Assembly (NCBI GenBank): GCA_947447485.1
Contig: CANFJP010000001.1
Span: 1,145 to 65,144, forward strand
Source of the DNA: Chitinophagaceae bacterium
Lineage (GTDB): Bacteria; Bacteroidota; Bacteroidia; Chitinophagales; Chitinophagaceae
Direction: 5' to 3'
DNA length: 64,000 nucleotides
The notes beneath the pieces are model-generated. The model did not search any database and was not told the DNA's origin. It saw only the letters and a list, made by a program, of their open reading frames with translations. Position 1 is the stretch's first letter. Every line of letters begins with the position of its first letter. The translations under genes and the position numbers were made by a program. Of the stretch, positions 40,192 to 49,778 are shown one piece after another.

Positions 40192-40638
40192 TCAATTAGA
40201 TCTCAACTTTTTAAAAAATTCCTTCATTAGTAAACTGCATTCTTCTTCTAACACTCCGCCAATAATCTCTGTTTTTGGATGAAAGGGATTATTAGTGCCA
40301 GTAGCTCTTCTGTAGCTATTTTTTTCATCGTAAGCACCAAATACAATTCTGTTAATTTTACTCCAGTACAAGGCTCCTGTACACATTAAACAAGGCTCCA
40401 ATGTTACATACAGGGTTGCTTCGGGTAAATATTTACTTCCTAGAAATTGGTAGGCTGTAGTGAGTGCCATTATTTCTGCATGGGCTGTACTATCATTAAG
40501 CAATTCTACCTGATTATATGCTTTTGCAATAATGGTATTATTCATGACTACTATTGCCCCTACCGGCACTTCCTCTTTGTTGAAGGCTTTCTGTGCTTCT
40601 GCCAGCGCAAGCTTCATATATTGTTCATCACTCATCAA
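40192..40638 (-). CDS. tadA: tRNA adenosine deaminase TadA-like nucleoside deaminase
   Basis: EVPVGA, TAHAEI, LYVTLEPCLMC. Confidence 0.85.
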   Translation of the reverse strand: MMSDEQYMKLALAEAQKAFNKEEVPVGAIVVMNNTIIAKAYNQVELLNDSTAHAEIMALTTAYQFLGSKYLPEATLYVTLEPCLMCTGALYWSKINRIVFGAYDEKNSYRRATGTNNPFHPKTEIIGGVLEEECSLLMKEFFKKLRSN

Positions 40639-40670
40639 TTGTTACTTAACTTTAAAACAAATTTACAACA

Positions 40671-42044
40671 ATGGAATCGGTTAATGAATTAAATGAAATG
40701 AGGCACTTTTATGAAAGCGGTGCTACCAAATCCTATGAATTTAGAAAGCAGCAGTTATTAAAACTCAAAGCGGTAACAGAAAAATATGAGCAAGCCATCT
40801 ATCAGGCACTCTATATTGATTTAAAGAAAAGTCCGGAGGAATGTTGGGTAACCGAAAACGGCATTTTGCTAACTGAAATCAATCATGCAATCAAGCAATT
40901 GTCTGATTGGATGAAGCCTAAAAAAGTAAAAACCAACTTATTAAATTTTCCTTCTTCGAGTCGTATTTTGAGCGAACCGTTGGGAGTTGTATTGATTATT
41001 AGTCCTTGGAATTATCCCTTTCAATTATTATTAAAACCTGCTTTAGGGGCAATAGCAGCAGGAAATTGTATCGTATTAAAGTCATCTGAGTATGCGCCTG
41101 CTACAAGTGCATTGATGAAAAAAATGATGGAGGAAGTATTCGATAAAAAATACATTCGTTTTGTAGAGGGTGACGGTGCGGTAGTGGTGCCCGAGATGAT
41201 GAATGGCTTTGTGTTTGACCATGTATTGTTTACAGGAAGCACCGCTATTGGAAAAGCAGTATATCAATTAGCCGCCCAAAATCTAGTTCCAGTAACCTTA
41301 GAACTTGGAGGGAAAAGTCCTTGTATTATTGAATCTGATGCAGACATAACGGTGGCTGCAAAAAGAATTGTAGTAACTAAATTTTCTAACGTTGGACAAA
41401 TGTGTGTTGCTCCAGATTATCTATTAGTGCATCATTCTATTAAAGCGCAACTGGTTGAAGCGCTCATTACCACGATTAAAAAATTCTTTACAGATGAAGC
41501 ATCTTCTGTTGAGCATTATGGAAAAATAATCAACGAAAAACAGTTTGATAGAATTATTAAATATTTAAACGATGGCACTATTGTTTATGGAGGTAAAAGC
41601 AATAGAGAAAACTTGTTTATTGAGCCCACCTTAATGGACAATATAAATATTGAAAGTGCTATAATGAAGGAAGAGATATTTGGTCCAATTCTTCCTATCC
41701 TAACTTTTAAAAATCACGCAGAGGCGGTGGAAATTATTTCAAAAAATAAAAACCCTTTGGCTTTGTATGTGTTTACCTCCTCCCAAAAAAATGAATCCGA
41801 ATGGATGGAGCAAGTGTCGTTCGGTGGTGGGTGTATCAATAATGCAAGTTGGCACCTTACCAATCATAATTTACCATTTGGAGGAAGAGGATTCAGTGGA
41901 ATAGGACAATATCAAGGAAAGTTTAGTTTTGATACCTTCAGTCATAAAAAATCAATTCTTAAAACACCTACTTGGTTTGATCCTTCAATGAAATACCCTC
42001 CTTTCAAAGGGAAACTAGGCTTGTTTAAAAAATTTATTCGTTAA
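40671..42044 (+). CDS. Aldehyde dehydrogenase (class-3/fatty-aldehyde-like)
   Basis: PWNYPF, FTGST, LELGGKSP, GQMCVAPDY, EEIFGP. Confidence 0.93.
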   Translation: MESVNELNEMRHFYESGATKSYEFRKQQLLKLKAVTEKYEQAIYQALYIDLKKSPEECWVTENGILLTEINHAIKQLSDWMKPKKVKTNLLNFPSSSRILSEPLGVVLIISPWNYPFQLLLKPALGAIAAGNCIVLKSSEYAPATSALMKKMMEEVFDKKYIRFVEGDGAVVVPEMMNGFVFDHVLFTGSTAIGKAVYQLAAQNLVPVTLELGGKSPCIIESDADITVAAKRIVVTKFSNVGQMCVAPDYLLVHHSIKAQLVEALITTIKKFFTDEASSVEHYGKIINEKQFDRIIKYLNDGTIVYGGKSNRENLFIEPTLMDNINIESAIMKEEIFGPILPILTFKNHAEAVEIISKNKNPLALYVFTSSQKNESEWMEQVSFGGGCINNASWHLTNHNLPFGGRGFSGIGQYQGKFSFDTFSHKKSILKTPTWFDPSMKYPPFKGKLGLFKKFIR

Positions 42045-42045
42045 C

Positions 42046-42732
42046 ATGAGTTCATTAAAATACAATTCGAAAATGAAAACAATTATTGTGTTATGCATTC
42101 TCTTATCAGGCGCTGTTGTATATGTAGCCATTGCTAATAAAAATTCAAAACAAATGACAACTAGACAAAAAATATTAAAAGCTTTTTATCCTATCATCAT
42201 GAAAGTAGGAAAAAAGAAATCAGCAGCAAACACAGCACAGGTACAACCATTGGTTGACTTCTACTCATTAGAGATCAAACTAAATGATAGTACTGATTTT
42301 AAAATGTCTTCTACCAAGGGTAAAAAAGTGGTGTTAGTCAATACGGCCTCTGATTGTGGGTTTACGGCTCAATACGAAGACTTACAGAAATTATATCAGC
42401 AATATAATGACAAGATTATTGTGATTGGATTTCCTGCAAATGATTTTCAACAACAGGAAAAAGGAAGCAATGAAGCCATTGCGTCATTTTGTAAAAAAAA
42501 TTACGGAGTTACTTTTCCATTGGCTACAAAGGGTATTGTAGCTAAGAGTAATAATCAACAAGAAATCTATCAATGGCTTAGCGATAAGAACCTAAATGGA
42601 TGGAATAACCAATCACCGACCTGGAATTTTTGTAAATATATTATCAATGAAAAGGGTGTCCTCACTCATTTTTTCGATTCATCGGTACCGCCATTGGGAA
42701 GTGAAATGAAAAAAGCCCTTGGTGTGGAATAG
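42046..42732 (+). CDS. Cys-type glutathione peroxidase family protein with N-terminal membrane anchor
   Basis: VNTASDCGFTAQY, GFPANDF, FCKKNYGVTFP, WNFCKY; alternative ATG at 42073. Confidence 0.92.
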   Translation: MSSLKYNSKMKTIIVLCILLSGAVVYVAIANKNSKQMTTRQKILKAFYPIIMKVGKKKSAANTAQVQPLVDFYSLEIKLNDSTDFKMSSTKGKKVVLVNTASDCGFTAQYEDLQKLYQQYNDKIIVIGFPANDFQQQEKGSNEAIASFCKKNYGVTFPLATKGIVAKSNNQQEIYQWLSDKNLNGWNNQSPTWNFCKYIINEKGVLTHFFDSSVPPLGSEMKKALGVE

Positions 42733-42760
42733 TGAACAGCTTATTCATTCTATCAAATAT

Positions 42761-43798
42761 TTACAACGGGCACTTCTGATGATAATCTATAATTTCAATC
42801 GGAGTGTGTTGAAATTGATATTCCTTATAATGTTCGCTGATTTGATCTAATACTTCAATGATTGATTCAGGAGAAGTGAGTGTAACAAGCTTGTACCTGA
42901 ATTCTTTAATACCAGGCAATCCTTTCAGATAATTTGTATAATGCCTTCGCATTTCATTGATTCCAACAATGGGTCCTTTCCAATCAATTGATTTATCCAA
43001 ATGCTTTTTACAAACAGCAATTCTTTCTTCTAGAGTAGGAGAAGGAAGAATGGTTTTATCTTTTAGGTAAGCTTTTATTTCTCTAAATATCCAAGGGTAT
43101 CCTATTGCTGCTCGGCCAATCATGATTCCATCTATACCATACCTGTTTTTATATTCAAAGGCCTTTTGTGCACTATCGATGTCTCCATTTCCAAATATGG
43201 GGATTTGTATTCTTGGGTTGTTTTTTACTTTTCCTATAAGCGTCCAGTCTGCTTCTCCTTTATACAATTGTGCTCGTGTTCTTCCATGAATAGACAGTGC
43301 TTTAACGCCTACATCTTGCAACCTTTCCGCTACTTCCTCAATGTTTTTTGTCTGGTCATCCCATCCCAATCTCGTTTTTACTGTTACAGGAAGAGTAGTG
43401 CTTTTTACTACGGCTTCCGTTAAGCGAATCATTAAATCAATGTCTTTTAATACACCAGCGCCAGCCCCTTTGCTTACAACTTTTTTAACCGGACAGCCAA
43501 AATTAATGTCTACTAAATCGGGGTTAACGGTTTCGCAAATTCTTGCACTCATTGCCATAGCCTCTTCATCACCACCGAAAATTTGAATTCCAAAAGGCCT
43601 TTCCTCTTCACTGAAATCTAATTTCTGTTTGCTTTTGATGGCATCTCTAATCAATCCTTCGCTGCTAATGAATTCGCTGTACATGATATCTGCACCATTG
43701 TCTTTACACACTGATCTAAATGGAGGATCGCTAACGTCTTCCATAGGAGCTAGTAAAAGTGGGAATTCAGGTAATTCGATATTGCCTATTTTGGCCAT
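42761..43798 (-). CDS. dusB: tRNA dihydrouridine synthase B
   Basis: LAPMEDVSD, DINFGCP, VKTRLGWD, IHGRT, MIGRAA; TAAATTTG -7 element at 43824-43831. Confidence 0.93.
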   Translation of the reverse strand: MAKIGNIELPEFPLLLAPMEDVSDPPFRSVCKDNGADIMYSEFISSEGLIRDAIKSKQKLDFSEEERPFGIQIFGGDEEAMAMSARICETVNPDLVDINFGCPVKKVVSKGAGAGVLKDIDLMIRLTEAVVKSTTLPVTVKTRLGWDDQTKNIEEVAERLQDVGVKALSIHGRTRAQLYKGEADWTLIGKVKNNPRIQIPIFGNGDIDSAQKAFEYKNRYGIDGIMIGRAAIGYPWIFREIKAYLKDKTILPSPTLEERIAVCKKHLDKSIDWKGPIVGINEMRRHYTNYLKGLPGIKEFRYKLVTLTSPESIIEVLDQISEHYKEYQFQHTPIEIIDYHQKCPL

Positions 43799-43848
43799 AG
43801 CATTCTTTAGTATATTGCAGGGGCAAATTTACAATTAATACTCATCGC

Positions 43849-44832
43849 ATGCAATATAAAAGCAATAAAGGCTTTACAGGGGTTGGTCAATTAGGAATAC
43901 TGCTACTTTTTTTGGGAGTAGGGTTAATGTTGACGGGCTTTATTCAAATAGTAATAGGTTTTTATATAGTTCCTGCTGGAACGTCGTTCTCACAAATAGG
44001 ACCAGCAATGATGAAAGCACTCAATGACCCTAAAAACATCGGCATATCACGCATCCTTCAGGTTATAGGAACGTTGTGTGTTATGTTTATCCCTGCTGCA
44101 TTGTATTCGTGGGTATGCAACGGAAGAAGTCCTTTTTGGCTAGGCTTTAATAAATATATTAATCTGCCACAGATCATCATTGGTTTTCTAATCATTTTTA
44201 TGGCCAATATAATGGCACTTCCTTTAGAAGAGCTAACCAAAAAAATGATAGCATATTTGCCTTCATTAGATAGTATGGCTAAAAGTCTTGAGGCTACTTA
44301 TAATGAACAGGTATTATTATTAAGCAATTTAAAAAGCTGGCCCGAATTTATTTTAGCCCTATTTATTATGGCTTTTTTTCCTGCTATGTTTGAAGAACTT
44401 TTTTTTAGAGGATCCTTACAAACTTTATTGGTTAAATGGTGGAAGATGCCGTTGCTTGCGATTATTTTTACTTCTTTATTTTTTAGTTTTATACATATGT
44501 CTATTTATCTTTTTTTAAGTAGAGCAATATTGGGGTTTGTCTTGGGGATGATGTATTTTAAAACTAAAAATATATGGGTTAATATCATTGCTCATTTTTT
44601 AAACAATGCCATTGCTGTAATACAAATGTTTGTTTTAAGTGGTAAAAAAGAAACCATTGATATGAGTAAGCTAGATCCTACAGTAGATTGGTGGGTTGGC
44701 TTCTTAGCCCTAGGGGCATTGTTTATTTTATTTAAATACTTGCATCGATATTCTGAAGAAAATAAAATGAAAATATATGCACGTGAGCAAGCATTGCTTG
44801 TGAATGAAACCATTGGCAATCCGATTGCTTAA
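43849..44832 (+). CDS. CPBP (Abi/CAAX protease-like) intramembrane metalloprotease
   Basis: FEELFFRG, FSFIH, AHFLNN motifs. Confidence 0.92.
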   Translation: MQYKSNKGFTGVGQLGILLLFLGVGLMLTGFIQIVIGFYIVPAGTSFSQIGPAMMKALNDPKNIGISRILQVIGTLCVMFIPAALYSWVCNGRSPFWLGFNKYINLPQIIIGFLIIFMANIMALPLEELTKKMIAYLPSLDSMAKSLEATYNEQVLLLSNLKSWPEFILALFIMAFFPAMFEELFFRGSLQTLLVKWWKMPLLAIIFTSLFFSFIHMSIYLFLSRAILGFVLGMMYFKTKNIWVNIIAHFLNNAIAVIQMFVLSGKKETIDMSKLDPTVDWWVGFLALGALFILFKYLHRYSEENKMKIYAREQALLVNETIGNPIA

Positions 44833-44849
44833 TTAAATAAAAATTAATT

Positions 44850-45560
44850 GTGACAATTCATCTTGAAACTTTAAAAACGAGATCACTTACCGCCTTAGTT
44901 TTTGCAATAGTGATGCTGCTTGGATTATTAATAAATGGATATGCTTTTATGGCATTATTTTCATTTATCATGCTCGGTTGTATATATGAGTTTAGTAAAA
45001 TAGCCAGGCTCATTAATGGAAACAAATATTATTACTTTCTTCCTTTGGCTTTTGGTTATATCATTTTACCATTGATGCTATTGATTGATTTAGGTATGAA
45101 TGGATCTTTTTATTTACATGAATCCATTGTATCTGAAAATATTTTTGATTCTTATTCGCCCATTTTACCTTGTGTAATTATTTTTTCAATTTGGATTAAT
45201 GATACGATGGCTTACATTGTTGGGTCGCTTATTGGTAAAACTCCTTTTTCAAGTATTTCTCCTAAAAAAACATGGGAGGGTACTATTGGCGGGGCAATAC
45301 TGTGTGTAGTAGCTATTTATTTTTTATCAACTTCTATTTCTTATACAAAAACAATTCCCTGGAATCACTGGGTCATCATTGCATCTATTTGTGGTATTGC
45401 TGGAACAGTAGGGGATTTATTTGAAAGTAAATTAAAAAGACTAGCGAATATTAAAGATAGCGGTAGTTTTATGCCAGGGCATGGAGGGTTTCTTGATCGA
45501 TTCGATTCTTTATTAATGGCCACTCCATTTGTATGGTTGTATATTAAATTAAATTTCTAA
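44850..45560 (+). CDS. cdsA: Phosphatidate cytidylyltransferase
   Basis: NDTMAY, ISPKKTWEG, GDLFESKLKR...KDSG...PGHGGFLDRFDS. Confidence 0.95.
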   Translation: MTIHLETLKTRSLTALVFAIVMLLGLLINGYAFMALFSFIMLGCIYEFSKIARLINGNKYYYFLPLAFGYIILPLMLLIDLGMNGSFYLHESIVSENIFDSYSPILPCVIIFSIWINDTMAYIVGSLIGKTPFSSISPKKTWEGTIGGAILCVVAIYFLSTSISYTKTIPWNHWVIIASICGIAGTVGDLFESKLKRLANIKDSGSFMPGHGGFLDRFDSLLMATPFVWLYIKLNF

Positions 45561-45614
45561 TACTTATTTTTAAATGCGCTTGTGTTTGTACATTTGTCGC
45601 TCAATTTTAACAGC

Positions 45615-46271
45615 ATGACGATTCATCGCGAAGGATACAAAACAATTGCAGCAGTCACATTATTTATTGGCTTGCTTAATATTTTAGTTTTATGGCTATT
45701 TAAAGGAAATTATTTATGGCTTTGCTTATCAGTGCTTCTGATATCGACCCTATTTCTTTTCTTTATTATTTCCTTTTTTAGGATACCCTCAAGAGCATTA
45801 ACCATCAATGATAATTGCATTATAGCTCCTGCAGATGGGAAGGTGGTAGTAATAGAAGAAACAATTGATGACGAATATTTTAAAGGGAAGCGATTGCAGG
45901 TCTCAATTTTTATGAGTCCTGCTAATGTGCATGTCAATCGAAATCCCATTAGTGGCGAAGTGATTTACAATCAATATCATAAAGGAAAATATCTAGTAGC
46001 ATGGAATCCTAAATCTTCCACAGAAAACGAGCGACATTCGGCAGTCATTAAAAAAGGCAATAGTGAAATATTGGTAAAACAAATTGCAGGTGCAGTAGCA
46101 AAAAGAATTGTTAATTATTTGCAGGTTGGCCAACAAGTAAAACAAGGAGAAGAGCTAGGATTTATAAAATTTGGAAGTAGAGTAGATCTTTTATTGCCCA
46201 TTGGCACAAAAATCAACGTGGCGCTGAATGAGACCGTTCAAGGAGGAGTAACTGTGATAGCAAATATCTAG
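45615..46271 (+). CDS. psd: Phosphatidylserine decarboxylase proenzyme
   Basis: ATG 45615 after TACATTTG (45589-45596); IIAPADGKV, FMSPANVHVNR, GFIKFGSRVD cleavage motif. Confidence 0.95.
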   Translation: MTIHREGYKTIAAVTLFIGLLNILVLWLFKGNYLWLCLSVLLISTLFLFFIISFFRIPSRALTINDNCIIAPADGKVVVIEETIDDEYFKGKRLQVSIFMSPANVHVNRNPISGEVIYNQYHKGKYLVAWNPKSSTENERHSAVIKKGNSEILVKQIAGAVAKRIVNYLQVGQQVKQGEELGFIKFGSRVDLLLPIGTKINVALNETVQGGVTVIANI

Positions 46272-46363
46272 GGATGATTTTCGTCACTTTAACAAATCAC
46301 CCTTTTAATTAATAATTTTTTATTCGTAATTTCACTATAATTAATCAATTTAAAATCTTAACA

Positions 46364-46522
46364 ATGAAAAAAGTATTATTATTTGCAACAGCTGCTTTAT
46401 TAGTAAGTGGTATTTCTTTTGCTAATACAGACAAAGGAAAAAAGAAAAAATGTGCTAAAGGAAAATCTTGCTGCCAAAAAGGAAAAGCTTGCAGTAAAGA
46501 TAAAAAGACTGCAGAAATGTAA
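46364..46522 (+). CDS. 52-aa secreted Lys/Cys-rich micro-protein (not in ORF track)
   Basis: MKKVLLFATAALLVSGISFA|NTDKGKKKKCAKGKSCCQKGKACSKDKKTAEM; Sec signal; A-rich upstream context; own terminator. Confidence 0.85.
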   Translation: MKKVLLFATAALLVSGISFANTDKGKKKKCAKGKSCCQKGKACSKDKKTAEM

Positions 46523-46542
46523 TTCTTTTCAGCCCAACTTAT

Positions 46543-46572
46543 AAACCTCCTTACTTTAGGGAGGTTTTTTTT
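46543..46572. terminator. Intrinsic terminator after the micro-protein gene, facing convergent yjjG
   Basis: AAACCTCCTT-n5-AGGGAGGTTT followed by a T-run. Confidence 0.85.
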
Positions 46573-46580
46573 ATTTCTTT

Positions 46581-47282
46581 TTAAAATATATTTTCCAATT
46601 CTTTCAAATGGGTAATAGTATAAGTAGGATTGATCGATGTAGTGGCACTAATATGGTTTACGAAAATATTGTCCATCCCTATATTAATGGCACCCTGAAT
46701 ATCTGCTTCTACATTATCACCTATCATGATTGAATCAACAATAGTAGCATTTGCTTTTTGAAGAGCATATTCAAAAATTTCTTTATCAGGTTTAGCTGCA
46801 TTACTGGCTTCTGAGGTAATCACGTGAGTAAAAAAATGATCTATATTGCTATTGCGTAATTTCTGCCATTGTGTTTTTTCAAATCCATTGGTGATTAGGT
46901 GTAGCGTGTAATTTTTCCCACTTAGATAATTAAGTATTTCTACCGTATAGGGGAACATCTCTTTTTTCGTTGGAAGAATTTCTAAAAACCTAGCACTTAG
47001 TGCTTTTGCAAGAGTTTCATTGCCTATTTTATATTCTAGCAATGTTCGCCACATTCTTTTCCATTTCAATTCATCAACGCTAATAAATCCTTTTTGATAG
47101 CGTTCCCAAAGGATTTTATTATGGAAAATATATTTACTATAAAAATCCTCAAAGTCATCTGTTACCGTAGTATGCAGGTCAAATTCACTATAAAGGTCGG
47201 TTATTGCATTCTTAGCATTTAAATCAAAATCCCAAAGGGTATGATCTAAATCAAAAAAAAGGTGTTTGTATGTGCGTGCCAA
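46581..47282 (-). CDS. YjjG-family HAD pyrimidine nucleotidase
   Basis: FFDLDHTLWDF, LITNGF, KPDKEIF, MIGDNVEADIQGA; TATCTTTG at 47329-47336. Confidence 0.92.
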   Translation of the reverse strand: MARTYKHLFFDLDHTLWDFDLNAKNAITDLYSEFDLHTTVTDDFEDFYSKYIFHNKILWERYQKGFISVDELKWKRMWRTLLEYKIGNETLAKALSARFLEILPTKKEMFPYTVEILNYLSGKNYTLHLITNGFEKTQWQKLRNSNIDHFFTHVITSEASNAAKPDKEIFEYALQKANATIVDSIMIGDNVEADIQGAINIGMDNIFVNHISATTSINPTYTITHLKELENIF

Positions 47283-47363
47283 TTGGTTTATTTTATAATT
47301 GAACGATGATTATCTTTACAGTGAATACCAAAGATACTTATATTACTATTTTAAATTTATTAT

Positions 47364-48062
47364 ATGAATGTTATTATTACTGGAGCAAGCAAAGGAATAG
47401 GAAAAGCTATTGCATTAAAATTTGCTGAATCAGGTGCTACCCTTTTTTTATGTGCAAGAAACAACGACACGCTTCAAAAAACCATCGGAGAGATTCGCCA
47501 TCTTTATCCTTCTGTTGTTATTCATTCATATCAAGCAGATCTTTCAATAAAGGTTCAAGTAGAAGATTTTGCAATGTTTTGTTTGAAAATAGGAGTGCCT
47601 AATATTGTAGTCAATAATGTAGGGACTTATTCGCCTGGTAAAGTCATGGATGAAGTGGAAGGTAATTTAGAAAAAGCTTTGAATACAAATCTCTTTAGCG
47701 CGTATTATTTAACTAGAAAAATCTTGCCTAGTATGATTAAAAATGGCAGCGGACACATTTTCAACATGTGCTCTATTGCATCATTAAAGGGCTATGAGGG
47801 TGGGGGAAGTTATGGCATTAGTAAGTTTGCCTTAAATGGCTTCAATCAAAATCTTCGATTAGAACTAATGAAACACAACATAAAAGTAACAGGTGTTTTC
47901 CCGGGTGCGGTTATCACGAATTCTTGGGGTGATTTTGATAATACATCGAAGAGAATGATGGAGCCTTCTGATATTGCACAAATGATTTTTTCTGCTACTC
48001 AGCTTTCTGATCAAGCTGTGGTAGAAGATATTGTTATTCGTCCGATGTTAGGAGATTTGTAA
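47364..48062 (+). CDS. SDR family oxidoreductase
   Basis: TGASKGIG, NNVG, YGISK. Confidence 0.92.
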   Translation: MNVIITGASKGIGKAIALKFAESGATLFLCARNNDTLQKTIGEIRHLYPSVVIHSYQADLSIKVQVEDFAMFCLKIGVPNIVVNNVGTYSPGKVMDEVEGNLEKALNTNLFSAYYLTRKILPSMIKNGSGHIFNMCSIASLKGYEGGGSYGISKFALNGFNQNLRLELMKHNIKVTGVFPGAVITNSWGDFDNTSKRMMEPSDIAQMIFSATQLSDQAVVEDIVIRPMLGDL

Positions 48063-48071
48063 TGTATAAAT

Positions 48072-48779
48072 TTATGAACTGGTAAATTTATACCCTATAC
48101 CTCTTATCGAGTGAAAATAAACAGGATGCTTACTGTCTTCTTCAAAATATCTTCTGAAAGATAAAATGAAATTATCAATTGTTCTGGTAGTAGGGTAAAC
48201 ATTGTATCCCCATACTTTTTGTAATATTATTTCTCTTGTTACTACTTCGTTTTTGTTTTCTATTAAAAGCTTTAAAAGCATCCCCTCTCTTTTGGTAAGG
48301 CTTATTTTATCTCCTTTCTTATTGAAGCATTCTAATCCTTTAAAATCAATTTTATTTTTACCAAATTCGTATAAGTCTGGAACAGTTGATTTGATAGATA
48401 ATTGTTCATTTTTTTTAATCAAATTTGCGACACGCAGTAATAATTCTTCTAGATTAAAGGGTTTTGTTAAATAATCATCGGCTCCTTTTTTTAATCCCAA
48501 TACCCTGTCGGCACTTGTATTTTTTGCGCTGAGCATCAAAATAGGAATTGCAATGTTTTGCAGTCTAATTGTTTCACAAACAGTGATTCCATCCACTTCC
48601 GGAAGCATTACATCTAATAGTATAAGATCAAAATGTTCTTGACGCACTAATTTTAATGCATTTGCACCATCATAACTACTTCTAACTTCATAGTCTTCTA
48701 GCTCGAGATTTAGCTTGAGTGCTTCTTGTAGATTTTCTTCATCTTCTACTAAAAGGATTGAATATTTTTTCTTTATCAT
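48072..48779 (-). CDS. OmpR/PhoB-family response regulator
   Basis: LLVEDE, LDVMLP, GADDYLTKPF, winged helix TRTIDNFI. Confidence 0.95.
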   Translation of the reverse strand: MIKKKYSILLVEDEENLQEALKLNLELEDYEVRSSYDGANALKLVRQEHFDLILLDVMLPEVDGITVCETIRLQNIAIPILMLSAKNTSADRVLGLKKGADDYLTKPFNLEELLLRVANLIKKNEQLSIKSTVPDLYEFGKNKIDFKGLECFNKKGDKISLTKREGMLLKLLIENKNEVVTREIILQKVWGYNVYPTTRTIDNFILSFRRYFEEDSKHPVYFHSIRGIGYKFTSS

Positions 48780-48785
48780 AATATC

Positions 48786-49763
48786 TTAAGAAAGCTGTTT
48801 CAATTGTATGACAAATATTGATCCATTGGGGTTATTGTTAATCACAGATACTTGTCCATGATGGGCCGAAACGATTTTTGCAACAAGATATAATCCTAGG
48901 CCTGTTCCCCTAGCTTTTTTGGTTGTATCAGTACCTAAACGATAAAACTTTTTAAAGACCTCTTTCTTTTCATTGTCTTGTATCCCTTGCCCTTCATCTA
49001 TGATAGAAAGTATAGCATCGTTATCTTTTAATTTCAGCGAAGCTTTTATTGCTGTTTCTTTTGGTGCGTATTTAATAGCATTTTCAATAAGATTGCTAAT
49101 AGCCATTTGTAGCATAAAAGTGTCCCCCAGTACATAAATATCCTGCACAATTTCTGACAGTATTATTTTGCTTTGATATCTTATTTTAAAATCTGCTATA
49201 CAATTTTCTAATAGATTACTTAAATCAATATTTTCTTTCGTAATTCTGTATCCGTCGCTTTCAATTTGTGATGACAAAAGTAAATTGTTGCAAAGGGTGT
49301 TCATTCTATTAGCTTCCTGTAAGGTATTATTCAGTAGGCTTTCTTGTTGAATTTCATTTAGTTTTCTTTTTTGCAAGGTTTCTAAATTTAACTTTGCAAT
49401 GGCGATGGGTGTTTTTAATTCATGTGTGATAGCCATCATAAAATTCTGTTGTTCCAAACTTATCTTTAATTGTTTTCTAATGGCATTATAAAGAAAAACA
49501 GCCCCTGCTACAATTAGGAGAAAGAAAATGGTGCCCTCGCCTATATATTGCTTAGTTTTTCGTATTTCTTCTTTTAATATAGTTTCGTATTGTAAATGGT
49601 ATTCTTTATTTGTTCCCTTTAATAGATGAATTTTATATTCAGCCATTTGATTGTTTTGTGAAGAAAGGGCGATGTACCACCAAACCAGCGCAGCTATAAT
49701 GTACGTGAGCAAGAACCAATAGAATATAAAAATCAGTCTTATTTTTCTTGATTTATTAGTCAT
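48786..49763 (-). CDS. Membrane sensor histidine kinase
   Basis: Two TMs; H-box THELKTP; NLIENAIKY; DEGQGI; GTGLGL. Confidence 0.95.
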   Translation of the reverse strand: MTNKSRKIRLIFIFYWFLLTYIIAALVWWYIALSSQNNQMAEYKIHLLKGTNKEYHLQYETILKEEIRKTKQYIGEGTIFFLLIVAGAVFLYNAIRKQLKISLEQQNFMMAITHELKTPIAIAKLNLETLQKRKLNEIQQESLLNNTLQEANRMNTLCNNLLLSSQIESDGYRITKENIDLSNLLENCIADFKIRYQSKIILSEIVQDIYVLGDTFMLQMAISNLIENAIKYAPKETAIKASLKLKDNDAILSIIDEGQGIQDNEKKEVFKKFYRLGTDTTKKARGTGLGLYLVAKIVSAHHGQVSVINNNPNGSIFVIQLKQLS

Positions 49764-49778
49764 AGTAAATTAAACTGA

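Noticed and set aside
42046-42732. Selenocysteine in the glutathione peroxidase
   Set aside because: Active-site codon is Cys (TGT); no in-frame TGA
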